Positions 55,001 to 64,000 of a stretch of 64,000 nucleotides of DNA are shown here, piece by piece (the first letter of the stretch is position 1; every line of letters starts with the position of its first letter). This DNA comes from Camelus dromedarius (Eukaryota). The DNA lies in assembly GCF_036321535.1 (NCBI RefSeq), contig NC_087437.1, positions 19,222,001 through 19,286,000 of the forward strand, given 5' to 3'. The translations under genes were made by a program, and so were the position numbers. The notes under the pieces were generated by a model. The model was not told the origin of the DNA, searched no databases, and worked only from the letters and a program-made list of their open reading frames with translations.

Positions 55001-58000
55001 AGTTTAATGAAATTATTAGATGGGACTGAGCATGCCAGCTCAGTACTGAGCACAGGGCAAAGGCGGCTCAGGCTGCACAGCTGCCCCCGACTCTCATCTT
55101 CCAACACTGCTCTGGTGAGAACTGGTCTTTAACCTGGAGCAGCGCAGCCTTCACTGAGCCTTGCAAACCTCTCTCACACATGCAGAACACCCACTGGCAA
55201 TCAGGGCAAGCTGCTTACCACCCAGCCAAAACTTACTCCGAAGAATCATGGGCCCAAGCGAACTCCTGGGCGGACCCGAAGCTCTTGTTCCTTAGTGCCA
55301 TTGCTGTGTAGATGATGTACTCGCCGTCCCCACACACCACGACAAACCTAGGAACCACAGGAGCCAAGAAGGGAAGCACAGGGGACCAGTGACACGTAGA
55401 AGAAACAATGATTCATTTTGATGGTGAAATATTTCTAATGACAAATGTTGTTTCAGTTGACTGTTCCAAATGAATCTAGTATCTTTTAAAGTTACATATT
55501 TCTTTGAATACAGAGCTAGATATAAACATTCTATTAGAAACTAACACAACATTGTAAATCAACTATATTTGAATTAAAAATTCTGGGGGGGGGGGTATAT
55601 ACAGCTCAAGTGGTAGAGCGCATGCTCAGCATGCACAAGGTCCTGGGTTCAATCCCCAGTATCTCCTCCAAACATAAATAAACCCAATTACCTACCCCTC
55701 TTAAACAAAAGCAAATTATAAAGATGGGGTTATTGCTGAAACTGTTATTGCAACGGCCTCTCATAAACAAAGGGTCGGGAACATGAGAAAGACGGGAGAC
55801 ACACAAGGGAGGACGCCAGTAATTCAGCTAGCATTTGCTGAGCTCCAAGACGCCCAGCATTTTGCCCATCACACTTACACCGTAAGAAGGCACTCTCTTG
55901 CTGCAAGGCTATCTTCATTTTGAAGGTAAGCATTCAAATGAGTGAAAGTACCTTACTCCAGTTTTTAATGACTGTTAAATTTATCAAAATATTTTAACAT
56001 TTAAATAAGAAGGAAAAAGAATGCTCATAGTCAAAATTTTCTCAACAGACATAAAAGAACTCTTTAAAGCTCTAATTTAGAATACTGTATGGCTGTTATT
56101 AGATTGCCAAAGGTGAGATGCAAAACTTACAGCAAAAAATGTTTTCTGATATTCAGGGAAAAATATGTAATGTGTTCCTAATTTTCTTAAGAAAATTCTA
56201 TTACAAGTAATTATGGATACCATTTACTGAACCAGGCAGCATACTTGGTTTATATACTCTGCCTTCTTAATACTCAGGACAGCATTAGAAAATGCCCAGA
56301 TCTATTGTGAAACAATTTTTAAAGCTCATAGGTTTAACTTCATTGTAGTAGAGACTCTTCTCAGTAGATGTTCAGTGCTTAATAAATCTTAAGGGAGAAA
56401 CAGAACTGATGATTCAGATAACAGAGAAAAAGCAGAATTATTACCAGTCCCTAAACTTTTTCAAAAGACAAAGACCTCACAGACAGCTTTTCTTCTTAAG
56501 AGCAATGAGTCAGAAAATATTTATTTTATTTTTTATGTTTTTAGATTTTTTTTTGAAGGGGCAGATAATTAGGTTTATTTATTTATTTTCAGAGGGGGTA
56601 CCAGGGATTGAACCCAGGACCTCGTACATGCTAAGCATGTGCTCTAGCGTGTGAGTTATACCCTCCCCAAGTCAGCAAATATTTAGAGAGCACCTACTAA
56701 GGCTGAGGATAATGCATGATTCTTGCCCTCAGAGGAGTGTAAGGACACGTACCAACACATCTGCGATAAGAGTTAACACAAAACTATTCAACTGTTCAAA
56801 ACTGCGTGGTGGGACAAGGCCGGGAAGGCAATTATGCTTCACGGTGCAGACCACCGATCAGCTGGCCCGCTGCCGGCCACCGTGCCGAGGGCTGTGAGGC
56901 CAGCGTGGAAGCTCCATGCGGTCCCACCACTGCGGGCACACAGGCCCTGCTCTAACATACAAAGAAGCCCAGGGAGACTGGGGGTGGCTTACCGCCCATT
57001 AGGATTGTGCTGAATAGTCTGAGGGTATATTTCACAACTGCCCATGTCCTTCACTGCCAGTGGCAATCTCTCTCCATCTTTAATTTCAGCATCTCCCATA
57101 GCTTTTAGGTTGGCCTGCTGGACTTCTGAATGTTTGGCCCAAATTATCTTTCCATTGGCATCCATGGACATGGCAGGTTCCTCCCGACCAAGCTGGAAGA
57201 ATGACAAATGACTCTTAGCAATAAAAAGGAAAGTAAATAAAACCCCAACAAAATAAACATTTTCTTGTGCTTAACCTCAGAAGTGCCAGTTTAACAACAC
57301 TGACGACCTGGCAGATAACCGCCTTCCTATGCCCATCCGTTCCGAGACAGTGTAACAAGGGATTACCTTAACTATGATGCTTCCTTCATCGTAGCCCAGG
57401 GCGACGTTGTTGGACCCTCGCAGACTGGCCACACACCACACCCTCTCCATTCCGTAATTCAGCGTGCTCTCCAGGCGATAGGTGCTTGAATGCCAAATAC
57501 GCACGGTTCCTAAAAAGAACAATGTGAACACCTCCTTTTGATACGAACATCCAACAACGAGCTGTCAGATAAACCAGCCACAAGGAAGCCTTTATATTCC
57601 AACAGAAGACACTTCCTGCCAGCTTAATTTTTTGATCTATAGGCTGTAAATTACGTATAAAGCAACATAAAAAAATTAATACAAAATTTATAAAAACTGA
57701 AACTAAGAAATGTGACTGTGTGTGAAATCATGACAGGGCTTCCTGGGTACACGGCCCACTATGTGCCACAGGCTTTCTACATGCGATTTCCCAACATCCC
57801 TTCACTAATACTGTGAGGTAAAGGTATCTGTTCCCATTTCATACCTTACCCAAACCACACGTGCATGAAGCAGCAGAGCCTGAACCTGACCCTGGGCTGT
57901 GAGACTCCAGAGCACCTCTGGGTGGCCTCTATTTAAGTAACAGCCAAAGTGCAGTAGGATGGTGATGCTGATGCCCCTTTACTCTTCTGCGGCTTAAGTA

Positions 58001-61000
58001 TTCTACTCTAATAATAAGATCAAAATCCTTTGACACCTCCAATGAAAATGCAGGGCACTAGCTGGCATGAATACCCTTTCATGATGCTCAGCACAGGAAT
58101 AAACATACATTTCCAACTTACCGTCTTCTGAACCTGTGATGATAATTGGCAGCTCAGGATGAAAACTGGCACAAGACACATTTTGGGCGTGTCCCTCCAG
58201 TGTCTGTACACATGTTTTATTCTGTAATCAAGACACAGAAAACACTTTTATTAGTGAAAAACAAGTAACTTGTTCTTAATTTTCCCAGTGCACAGATACA
58301 TAATAAATGATAGTGGTTATGACAATCCAAATAGTATTCAGTACAGAGATTTTTAAAATAGAATTACCTTGTGTACATGTTTTCTCTGATTATTTGATAC
58401 TACAGGTAAATGTAAATGTAACTATCACATTTAAAGAAGAAACTACACACACACACCTGAAAGATCTAGTTTTTATCTATTATCCCCCCAAATTTCTAGG
58501 ATAATGTCTTTAATATTTTTATCTTGTATTTAAATACAAATTTGAGTAAGTATCTCAGTACAACTGGTTTTCTAGGCCTCATTTTATTAACTGCTTCTGC
58601 AAATTTTGAAGTGAGAAACAAAAAAAAAATTTAACAAAATCTTAAGAGATAAAACCTAGTAACAAGAGTTCATAACTAGATTTAGAGAAGTCTATGTGGT
58701 AAAAAATGACTGTACAATGGTGATGCCATGACATTATTCATTGATCTGCTAGTTTTCAAAAATAAATGGAAGGCTGTCAATGAGGATACTAGAAGATGTA
58801 AGAAGTCATTTTAATTAAAATTTTTTAATTTCTAATTTCACTATTAAATAAAAAATAAACATGGTGGCATTTTATTTTTAAAATCTCGACAGGCATTTGT
58901 TTTCATTTTTACAGGGAATTCTAGGACCACAATTTGGGTGCAGATACTGAGGCCTTAAGTTATTATACTATGAACAGAGTTCAACAACCAAGTTGTAACT
59001 GTCCCATAAGAAACAGGAAGAAGCATCTCTAACATATGGCAAATAAATTATGAAAAAACTGTACCTGATAGTCCCATATTTTCACAAGACGGTCATCCGC
59101 ACCTGAAATGAGGTATGGTTTGTCGCCACCACTGTAGTAGTCAATGCAATTCACGCCTTTCTCGTGTCCCTCCAGGGTGAAGTTTGGTGACGAGGAGCCC
59201 AGCTGCCACACCTTCAGGGAACAGCAGCATCTGGCGTCAGCGTGGGCCTTGCTTTTCAGAAGGCAGCCCCGCCACGCTCCCAATGTGCACATAAAGTGCT
59301 AACGCACGGGAGAAAAGCTGAAGAACGCTCATTTTTTTCACCCATTAGTTTTTGTTCTCACTTTACTTGAATTTCCAGGGAGCAAAATCACTATGGCATT
59401 CTCAGAAAATGCCAATTTCCAGGCTTTATCCCTAGAGATTATGATTCAGTGAATCTACAATGAAGCCCTGGAATCTAGATTCTTAACAGCTACCCCAGGG
59501 TGATCCACTTTGAGAAACACTACTTTAAAGGAAGGAAATGAGAAATTTATGAGAAATTTAATATAAACCTAAAGAAAGTGAACTTAGTAAGATGTATTAA
59601 AAGGAGAAATTTACTGCTTAATTAAAAAACTAAAAGTATGGAGAAGTAGTCAAACACTACTACAGCACTGGCACTGAGCTTTATCTTTACAAGTATTTAT
59701 CTGTATGCCTACTACATGGGAGGCCCTGTGGGGAGTATAAAGATGTGTAAACAAACTTTACCAGAGTCAAAGATAAGACAATTATTGTCCTCAAGATGTA
59801 CCTTAATTTAGTGAAGAAAATTTAAAGCTAATTTCAAAGTTCTCAACCTATGTCAAAAGCAAAGACAATCTGGTGAAAGGGAAAAAAATAATAATAAACT
59901 CAAAGCCCTAAGATATTCAACACAGAACATTCAATAAGTTGTCAGACAAATAACACGTAACATTTTATATAAGTTAAAGGAAAACTAATAAAAATGTTAT
60001 ATAGATAGAAGCCTATAAATGTAAGCAAAAGCGAATGCAATGCATAATTTTAAATCAATGCATATAGAAATATTTTAAATATTACTGTGGAAAAAGGAAT
60101 ATAAGTGCACTCACTGCAACATGTACGACGCGTCTAGCACAGGCAAGGCGTGTGCTGCTCGCTATGTGTGTCTGTTTGGGGGTGGGGGGGTGACACACAG
60201 CTCCTGCCCCAAACACCAACATTTTGGGGATAAACATTTCTGGAGACATATTCATTACTATTGAATGTGAAGGCCGTAATAGAGGCAAAAAGCAACAGAA
60301 AGGAATGGGATGAGCATGACTGGCTCTGTCTAGAAGTGAAATGGAGCTTCTCAGAGTAAATAACTGTGCTAAGCCTTGAAAGATGAGTAATTCTCCAGAG
60401 GAAAAGAAATCAAAAAGGGAGAGTAAAAAACATTACAGGCAGAGAGACCAGCTGAATTAGGTAAAGTTCTGTGAACATTCATGGCCTCTCTAGAAAATGG
60501 TTATTAGCTAAGGCCGGTCTTGGAAACCCTTGTATTCCACACCAAGGCATTTGGACTTTATCCTTAGACTGGTAACTGATGTGATGGGATCCATGTTTTA
60601 GAAAGATAACTGGCAGCATTATATGGAGAAATGGAGTCAGAAAAAGAGAACAGAGAATGATTAAATTTAAATATAAAATAGATTAATAATAATCAGCAGA
60701 GGGCAACAACAGATACACTAAAGGAGAGGAAATAGTAACCTAGAGAAGATATATTTTTTTATTCTGGGTTTGTGAGGTTTAAAAGTCTTACAACTAACAC
60801 ATTGCTTCCACGTGGAAAAACATGTTCATTAAGAGCACCGAGTTACCACACTATTTTTCTAAACAGACTATGTTAGCAGTAAAATATCTAGAACAACTAC
60901 ATTTCACCAACAATTGTAACTGACACAAAGAATGGACACCCTACCTTGATAGTCCTGTCCAAAGAAGCGCTGGCAAACTGATTGTTATCTTTGGGGTTGA

Positions 61001-62068
61001 TCACAATCTGCATAACATAATGAGTGTGCCCTTCAAACACTTGTGAGCAAGACCATTTTTTATCCCAGTCCCAGAGTTTAATAAGCATGTCATCTAGACC
61101 AAAAGAAAGTCTCCAGTTAGTTGCAGTTTCTGTCTCTTTCATTCAGAACTAAGAGTCTTTATGTCTTTTAAGGCAGCAAATCTGACATAAATCATACATT
61201 TCATGACTTACAGAAATAGAGTCAGAACTGAATAGATTTTTCAAAATCCTCATTTATTCTAAGAATAAATATAACTCTAAAGAGTGGAGATAAAAGAGAT
61301 TACTAACAGCAAATATACAAATTTCATGAAAGAAAATTAAGACAGACTCAATGGGCTTTGTGGAATGACAAAAGAGTAACAAAAGTTTGATCAGAGTCTA
61401 AGCATGACTGAATAACAAGGGCAATAAGGAGTAAGCATTTCTATTTTAACACAAGATTGGTTAAAAAAAATTCTGAATTACTTCTCAATTTCTAACTTAA
61501 AAATGTTTCAAAGAGCTATTACCAATTCACCGCAACTTGTTTTAATTGCCCTCCAAAAGACCTACTGTTTTATACATAACACCAAGGAGCAAACTGGTCT
61601 GAACATAAAGATAAAACCGACTAGGGTACATGGCAATCTGCCAAAACCTCACTCACTCAGAGTGTAAATTAGCCGTCTGCTCCACGGCTGTTTCAGCACC
61701 CAGACCTTCAGGTCTTCACTGACAGAAATGGAGCAGTTGCTATACAAATCTTAAGTAGGGCTGGTATTCATTAAAATACAAAAGCAAGCAGCATTGATAG
61801 CACATTAATGGATTTAAATAGTTTAAAGGCTGCTTGGAATTAGAGCTCTACTTGTAACAGCAGCAGAAGAACTGCATGTCTCACCAAATGAAAATGAATT
61901 ACTCAGAGGGATGCACGTGACCAAAGGGGGTCACCTCTTACCGCTGCTAGTCAGAATGAAAGGCTGAGTCGGATGAACAGCGATACAGCGAATGTAGTCT
62001 GAATGTGCCTCAAACATGTGAACTCTCTCCAGAGTGTTGTAGTTGAACACTCTAATGTGCATGTCATC
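42998..62068 (-). CDS. COPB2: COPB2, coatomer subunit beta' (WD40 propellers plus solenoid); partial, coding exons 4-22 (codon 77 to stop)
   Basis: 19 exons translate continuously from [17 protein letters not shown] to [31 protein letters not shown]. Exon lengths sum to 2493 nt, which fits codon 77 to stop of the 906-aa protein. Confidence 0.98.
43336..43407 (-). CDS. COPB2: COPB2 exon 21
   Basis: [24 protein letters not shown]; 72 nt. Confidence 0.95.
43476..43519. repeat. Perfect 19-bp tandem duplication (GGGAAGACTGATCAGGATC x2.3) in COPB2 intron 20
   Basis: Read directly from the sequence. Confidence 0.9.
43556..43624 (-). CDS. COPB2: COPB2 exon 20
   Basis: [23 protein letters not shown]; 69 nt. 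Confidence 0.94.
43806..43986 (-). CDS. COPB2: COPB2 exon 19
   Basis: [33 protein letters not shown]...YPLVT; 181 nt. Confidence 0.97.
44076..44168 (-). CDS. COPB2: COPB2 exon 18
   Basis: [30 protein letters not shown]; 93 nt. Confidence 0.96.
45534..45748 (-). CDS. COPB2: COPB2 exon 17
   Basis: [25 protein letters not shown]...SYFLQG; 215 nt. Confidence 0.97.
46752..46862 (-). CDS. COPB2: COPB2 exon 16
   Basis: [37 protein letters not shown]; 111 nt. Confidence 0.96.
47900..50295 (+). mobile_element. HAL1 / old L1 ORF1-type element in COPB2 intron 15
   Basis: caactagaagctagaaagcagt...ttctcaggaaaccactgaaggacatactccagcaaaatgagggagtaaaccaggaaagaag resembles HAL1; the 5' boundary is uncertain. 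Confidence 0.6.
48847..49001 (+). mobile_element. Short 3' tail of a younger camelid/artiodactyl L1 nested in the HAL1-like element
   Basis: aactatactcaacatcttgtagtaacc...cacaccagaaactgacacattgtaactgactgtacttcaatt plus A-rich tail; TSD AAAATGCACTCA / AAAATGCGCCCA. Confidence 0.8.
50672..50879 (-). CDS. COPB2: COPB2 exon 15
   Basis: [22 protein letters not shown]...AHFLEKQ; 208 nt. Confidence 0.97.
51154..51284 (-). CDS. COPB2: COPB2 exon 14
   Basis: [43 protein letters not shown]; 131 nt. Confidence 0.96.
51953..52096 (-). CDS. COPB2: COPB2 exon 13 (GC donor)
   Basis: [17 protein letters not shown]...GIEDGFE; donor is GAG|gcacgt; 144 nt. Confidence 0.93.
52395..52670 (-). mobile_element. 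hAT-Charlie-type DNA transposon fragment
   Basis: Terminus ttttggccccctggggacaacattccccctgctgagaatgcatg. Confidence 0.45.
53161..53267 (-). CDS. COPB2: COPB2 exon 12
   Basis: [35 protein letters not shown]; donor gtgagc; 107 nt. Confidence 0.97.
53358..53446 (-). CDS. COPB2: COPB2 exon 11
   Basis: [29 protein letters not shown]; 89 nt. Confidence 0.96.
53695..54105 (+). mobile_element. Old L1 (L1ME/L1MB-like) 3' UTR
   Basis: tactgatccatgcaacaatacggatgaatctcaaa...aaatgttctatgtatcctgactgtggtagtggt...aaattatacctcaata. Confidence 0.8.
55237..55347 (-). CDS. COPB2: COPB2 exon 10
   Basis: [36 protein letters not shown]; 111 nt. Confidence 0.96.
55585..55715 (+). mobile_element. Camelid tRNA-derived SINE (Vic-1-like), directly after a ~45-bp L1 3' tail
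   Basis: A-box agctcaagtgg, B-box ggttcaatccc, tail aaataaacccaattacc; preceded by aactaacacaacattgtaaatcaactatatttgaattaaaaa. Confidence 0.85.
56524..56668 (-). mobile_element. Camelid tRNA-derived SINE (Vic-1-like)
   Basis: gggattgaacccaggacctcgtacatgctaagcatgtgctct...ataccctcccc; 16-bp TSD AGTCAG(A/C)AAATATTTA at 56508-56523 and 56670-56685. Confidence 0.88.
56993..57192 (-). CDS. COPB2: COPB2 exon 9
   Basis: [21 protein letters not shown]...HNPNG; 200 nt. Confidence 0.97.
57367..57509 (-). CDS. COPB2: COPB2 exon 8
   Basis: [26 protein letters not shown]...GSIIVK; 143 nt. Confidence 0.97.
58122..58221 (-). CDS. COPB2: COPB2 exon 7
   Basis: [33 protein letters not shown]; 100 nt. Confidence 0.96.
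59065..59211 (-). CDS. COPB2: COPB2 exon 6
   Basis: gaag|[22 protein letters not shown]...KIWDYQ; donor gtacag; 147 nt. Confidence 0.96.
59380..59528. mobile_element. MER5-like hAT relic
   Basis: ccctagagattatgattcagt...ccctggaatct...ccactttgagaaacact. Confidence 0.55.
60945..61093 (-). CDS. COPB2: COPB2 exon 5
   Basis: [22 protein letters not shown]...LDRTIK; AG/GT flanks; 149 nt. Confidence 0.97.
61942..62068 (-). CDS. COPB2: COPB2 exon 4
   Basis: ctag|[45 protein letters not shown]; donor gtaag; 127 nt. Confidence 0.96.
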
Positions 62069-62609
62069 CTAGAAACGCAAATTAAAAAGCCACCATTAGT
62101 GTTATGAAATAAACTGCACAAAAATGTATACTACAGGCTCAAGCTACAACGCCCAGGCTTCCAAACATGGCGCTAACAAGACAAGCCAAGCATTGAAAGT
62201 CTGCACCTTGTTTAAGTCATCACTGACCAATTCAGAAATGGGAGTAGAAATTCATGGGATTAATCACTTACCGCTCCTGTCACAACCCAATTCTTCCTCG
62301 CAACAAACTTTGCAGCTCGAACAGGAAGATCACACACTTCAAAAGTTTTCACCAGTGTCTTTAAAATTTAACAAGAATATACACTTTGAGTTATGAGAAA
62401 ACAAGCAAAGAATCTATTCTGTTACGATTAAAACATCCAATTATTTAGATCACTTCTAATTTTAAAATATTCTCAGGCTAAAATATAAAAGCACAACAGT
62501 CAAATGAAAAAAAAAAATAAGACCATCATCTTTTCTTTAACAGATTCAATACTAAAATCCTATAAAAGATAAAAGTAAGCAAACGCCCACAAGATGGAGT
62601 CCCAGGTCC

Positions 62610-62880
62610 TCTGTGCTCCAAGCCCTTCCCTCCTTCTCTAGCCTCATCTTTGGCTACTCCCAGCTTTACCTTTGCTCCTGTTCCCTCTGCCTGAAAACCC
62701 ACCCACAGAACCTCATCCTCCACTTTCATAACACAGCACCTTCATAACTACATGTTTAATGTCAATCTTGCCTGCTACGCAGCCTGAGGGCAGAAATCTC
62801 ATTCACCACTGTATTCCTAAGAGCCTAGAACAGTGGCTGGAAAACAATCAATGTGCAATAAGTATTTGTTAAATGAATTA
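62610..62880 (+). mobile_element. L2 3' end
   Basis: ttcaccactgtattcctaagagcctagaacagtggctgg...caataagtatttgttaaatgaat. Confidence 0.75.
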
Positions 62881-64000
62881 GCTCTCAGTTTTCCTTTTTA
62901 AAAAAATTAAACTCATAATAAACTTAAAACTTATAAACAAGAAACAATTCTTTTGTACATTTTAGCAATATGCTTCCATACAAATGTTATTTCTTTTTAG
63001 TAAAGTATGAGAACGCAGTGATTTAGATGTCTCTAAAGCTACTCAGAATGGAACTATACACAAAGGATAAAGGTGGAAAACTAGGAGACCCTGCTAGAAA
63101 GAGCAGGGATGAATGCATCTTTGTCCTCCCATTTTGCTGCCTTGTTCTTCAAAATTCTGAACTAAAACTATCATTCTTCAATCTCTTTCTGTACCAGAGA
63201 ATAATGAAAATAGCATAGTCTTACTGATTAACCTTGTGCACTACACTGAAAAACAGGAAAAAAAAAAAAAAAAAGAAAAACAGGGACTGATCATAACTGT
63301 TGAAACAACTCCAGCTTCCCGAGCAAGACTTCAAAGAGTCTTCAAAGACTGAATAAGTGGGGACATCAGCTCCCACCTGTACAACCACTACCAGTTGACT
63401 GTGACTCAGACAAAGAGAACAGACAGAGCATGCAACCTATAAGATAACAGACAAATCCACAAAACCTTGTAAGGAGCCAACAAATTCATGGATTTGCTGA
63501 GCAGTGAAAAAATAAAGCAGCTACAGAACTAAAAGTCATGGTTCAAGTCCACATTAAGTGCTGCGGCTGATACCAATGACCTAAGGGATGGTCTCCGCAC
63601 TTCAGGAGATAAATGAGCTAAAAGAGGAGGAAATGCTACACACTCAACAAACAAACCACCAACTAAGGTAGGAAAACAGGGAAATGCTCGTGTGGTACCT
63701 TATAGGTCTCGAACACAATTTTATCTAACTTGACTGAATCCTCCTGACAATCCTGCGATGTAGGGAAGGCACCATATCATTTTCATTTGGGTAAGTAAAT
63801 TGAGTCTCACCACAGTTAAAGGCTTGCCCACATCATTTAATTAGCAGGATGGCTTCAAATTCTAACATAATGATTTTTTTTAAAACACTGCACCCCCTGC
63901 CAAAAGCATATAATATCTTCTTATTTGAAATCAAGTACATTTGAGTTTACTTCCAAAAACCATTTTGGCTCTTTGAAGAATTTTGCTCTCTATATACATA

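Noticed and set aside
55585..55670. tRNA gene
   Set aside because: A and B boxes are present, but the SINE tail and two related copies with TSDs show it is a SINE.

Overview
Mammalian genomic DNA, most likely a camelid (Camelus/Vicugna/Lama), judged from three tRNA-derived Vic-1-type SINEs, a young camelid-type L1 tail and artiodactyl-like MRPS22 residues. Bases 1-26.5 kb are gene-poor, repeat-rich DNA (MIR, L2, L1, ERVL/MaLR LTRs, MER2, MER20, MER53); by known mammalian synteny this should be the FOXL2-facing side of MRPS22. The complete MRPS22 gene is on + (8 coding exons, 26697-42074, 1080 nt = 359 aa + stop). It lies tail-to-tail with COPB2 on - (coding exons 4-22, 62068 down to 42998; exons 1-3 are beyond the window end). 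I traced all splice junctions by hand and every reading frame is intact. I found no previously undescribed multi-gene system. The most notable details are a GC-AG intron in COPB2, an old L1 fragment that appears rewritten into a CpG-rich patch, nested and chimeric L1 structures with target-site duplications, an unidentified ~200-bp insert inside an L1, the lack of a canonical COPB2 poly(A) signal, and a MER53 hairpin resembling miR-1302. Repeat family names and comparisons to human/bovine proteins are from memory, not a database search.
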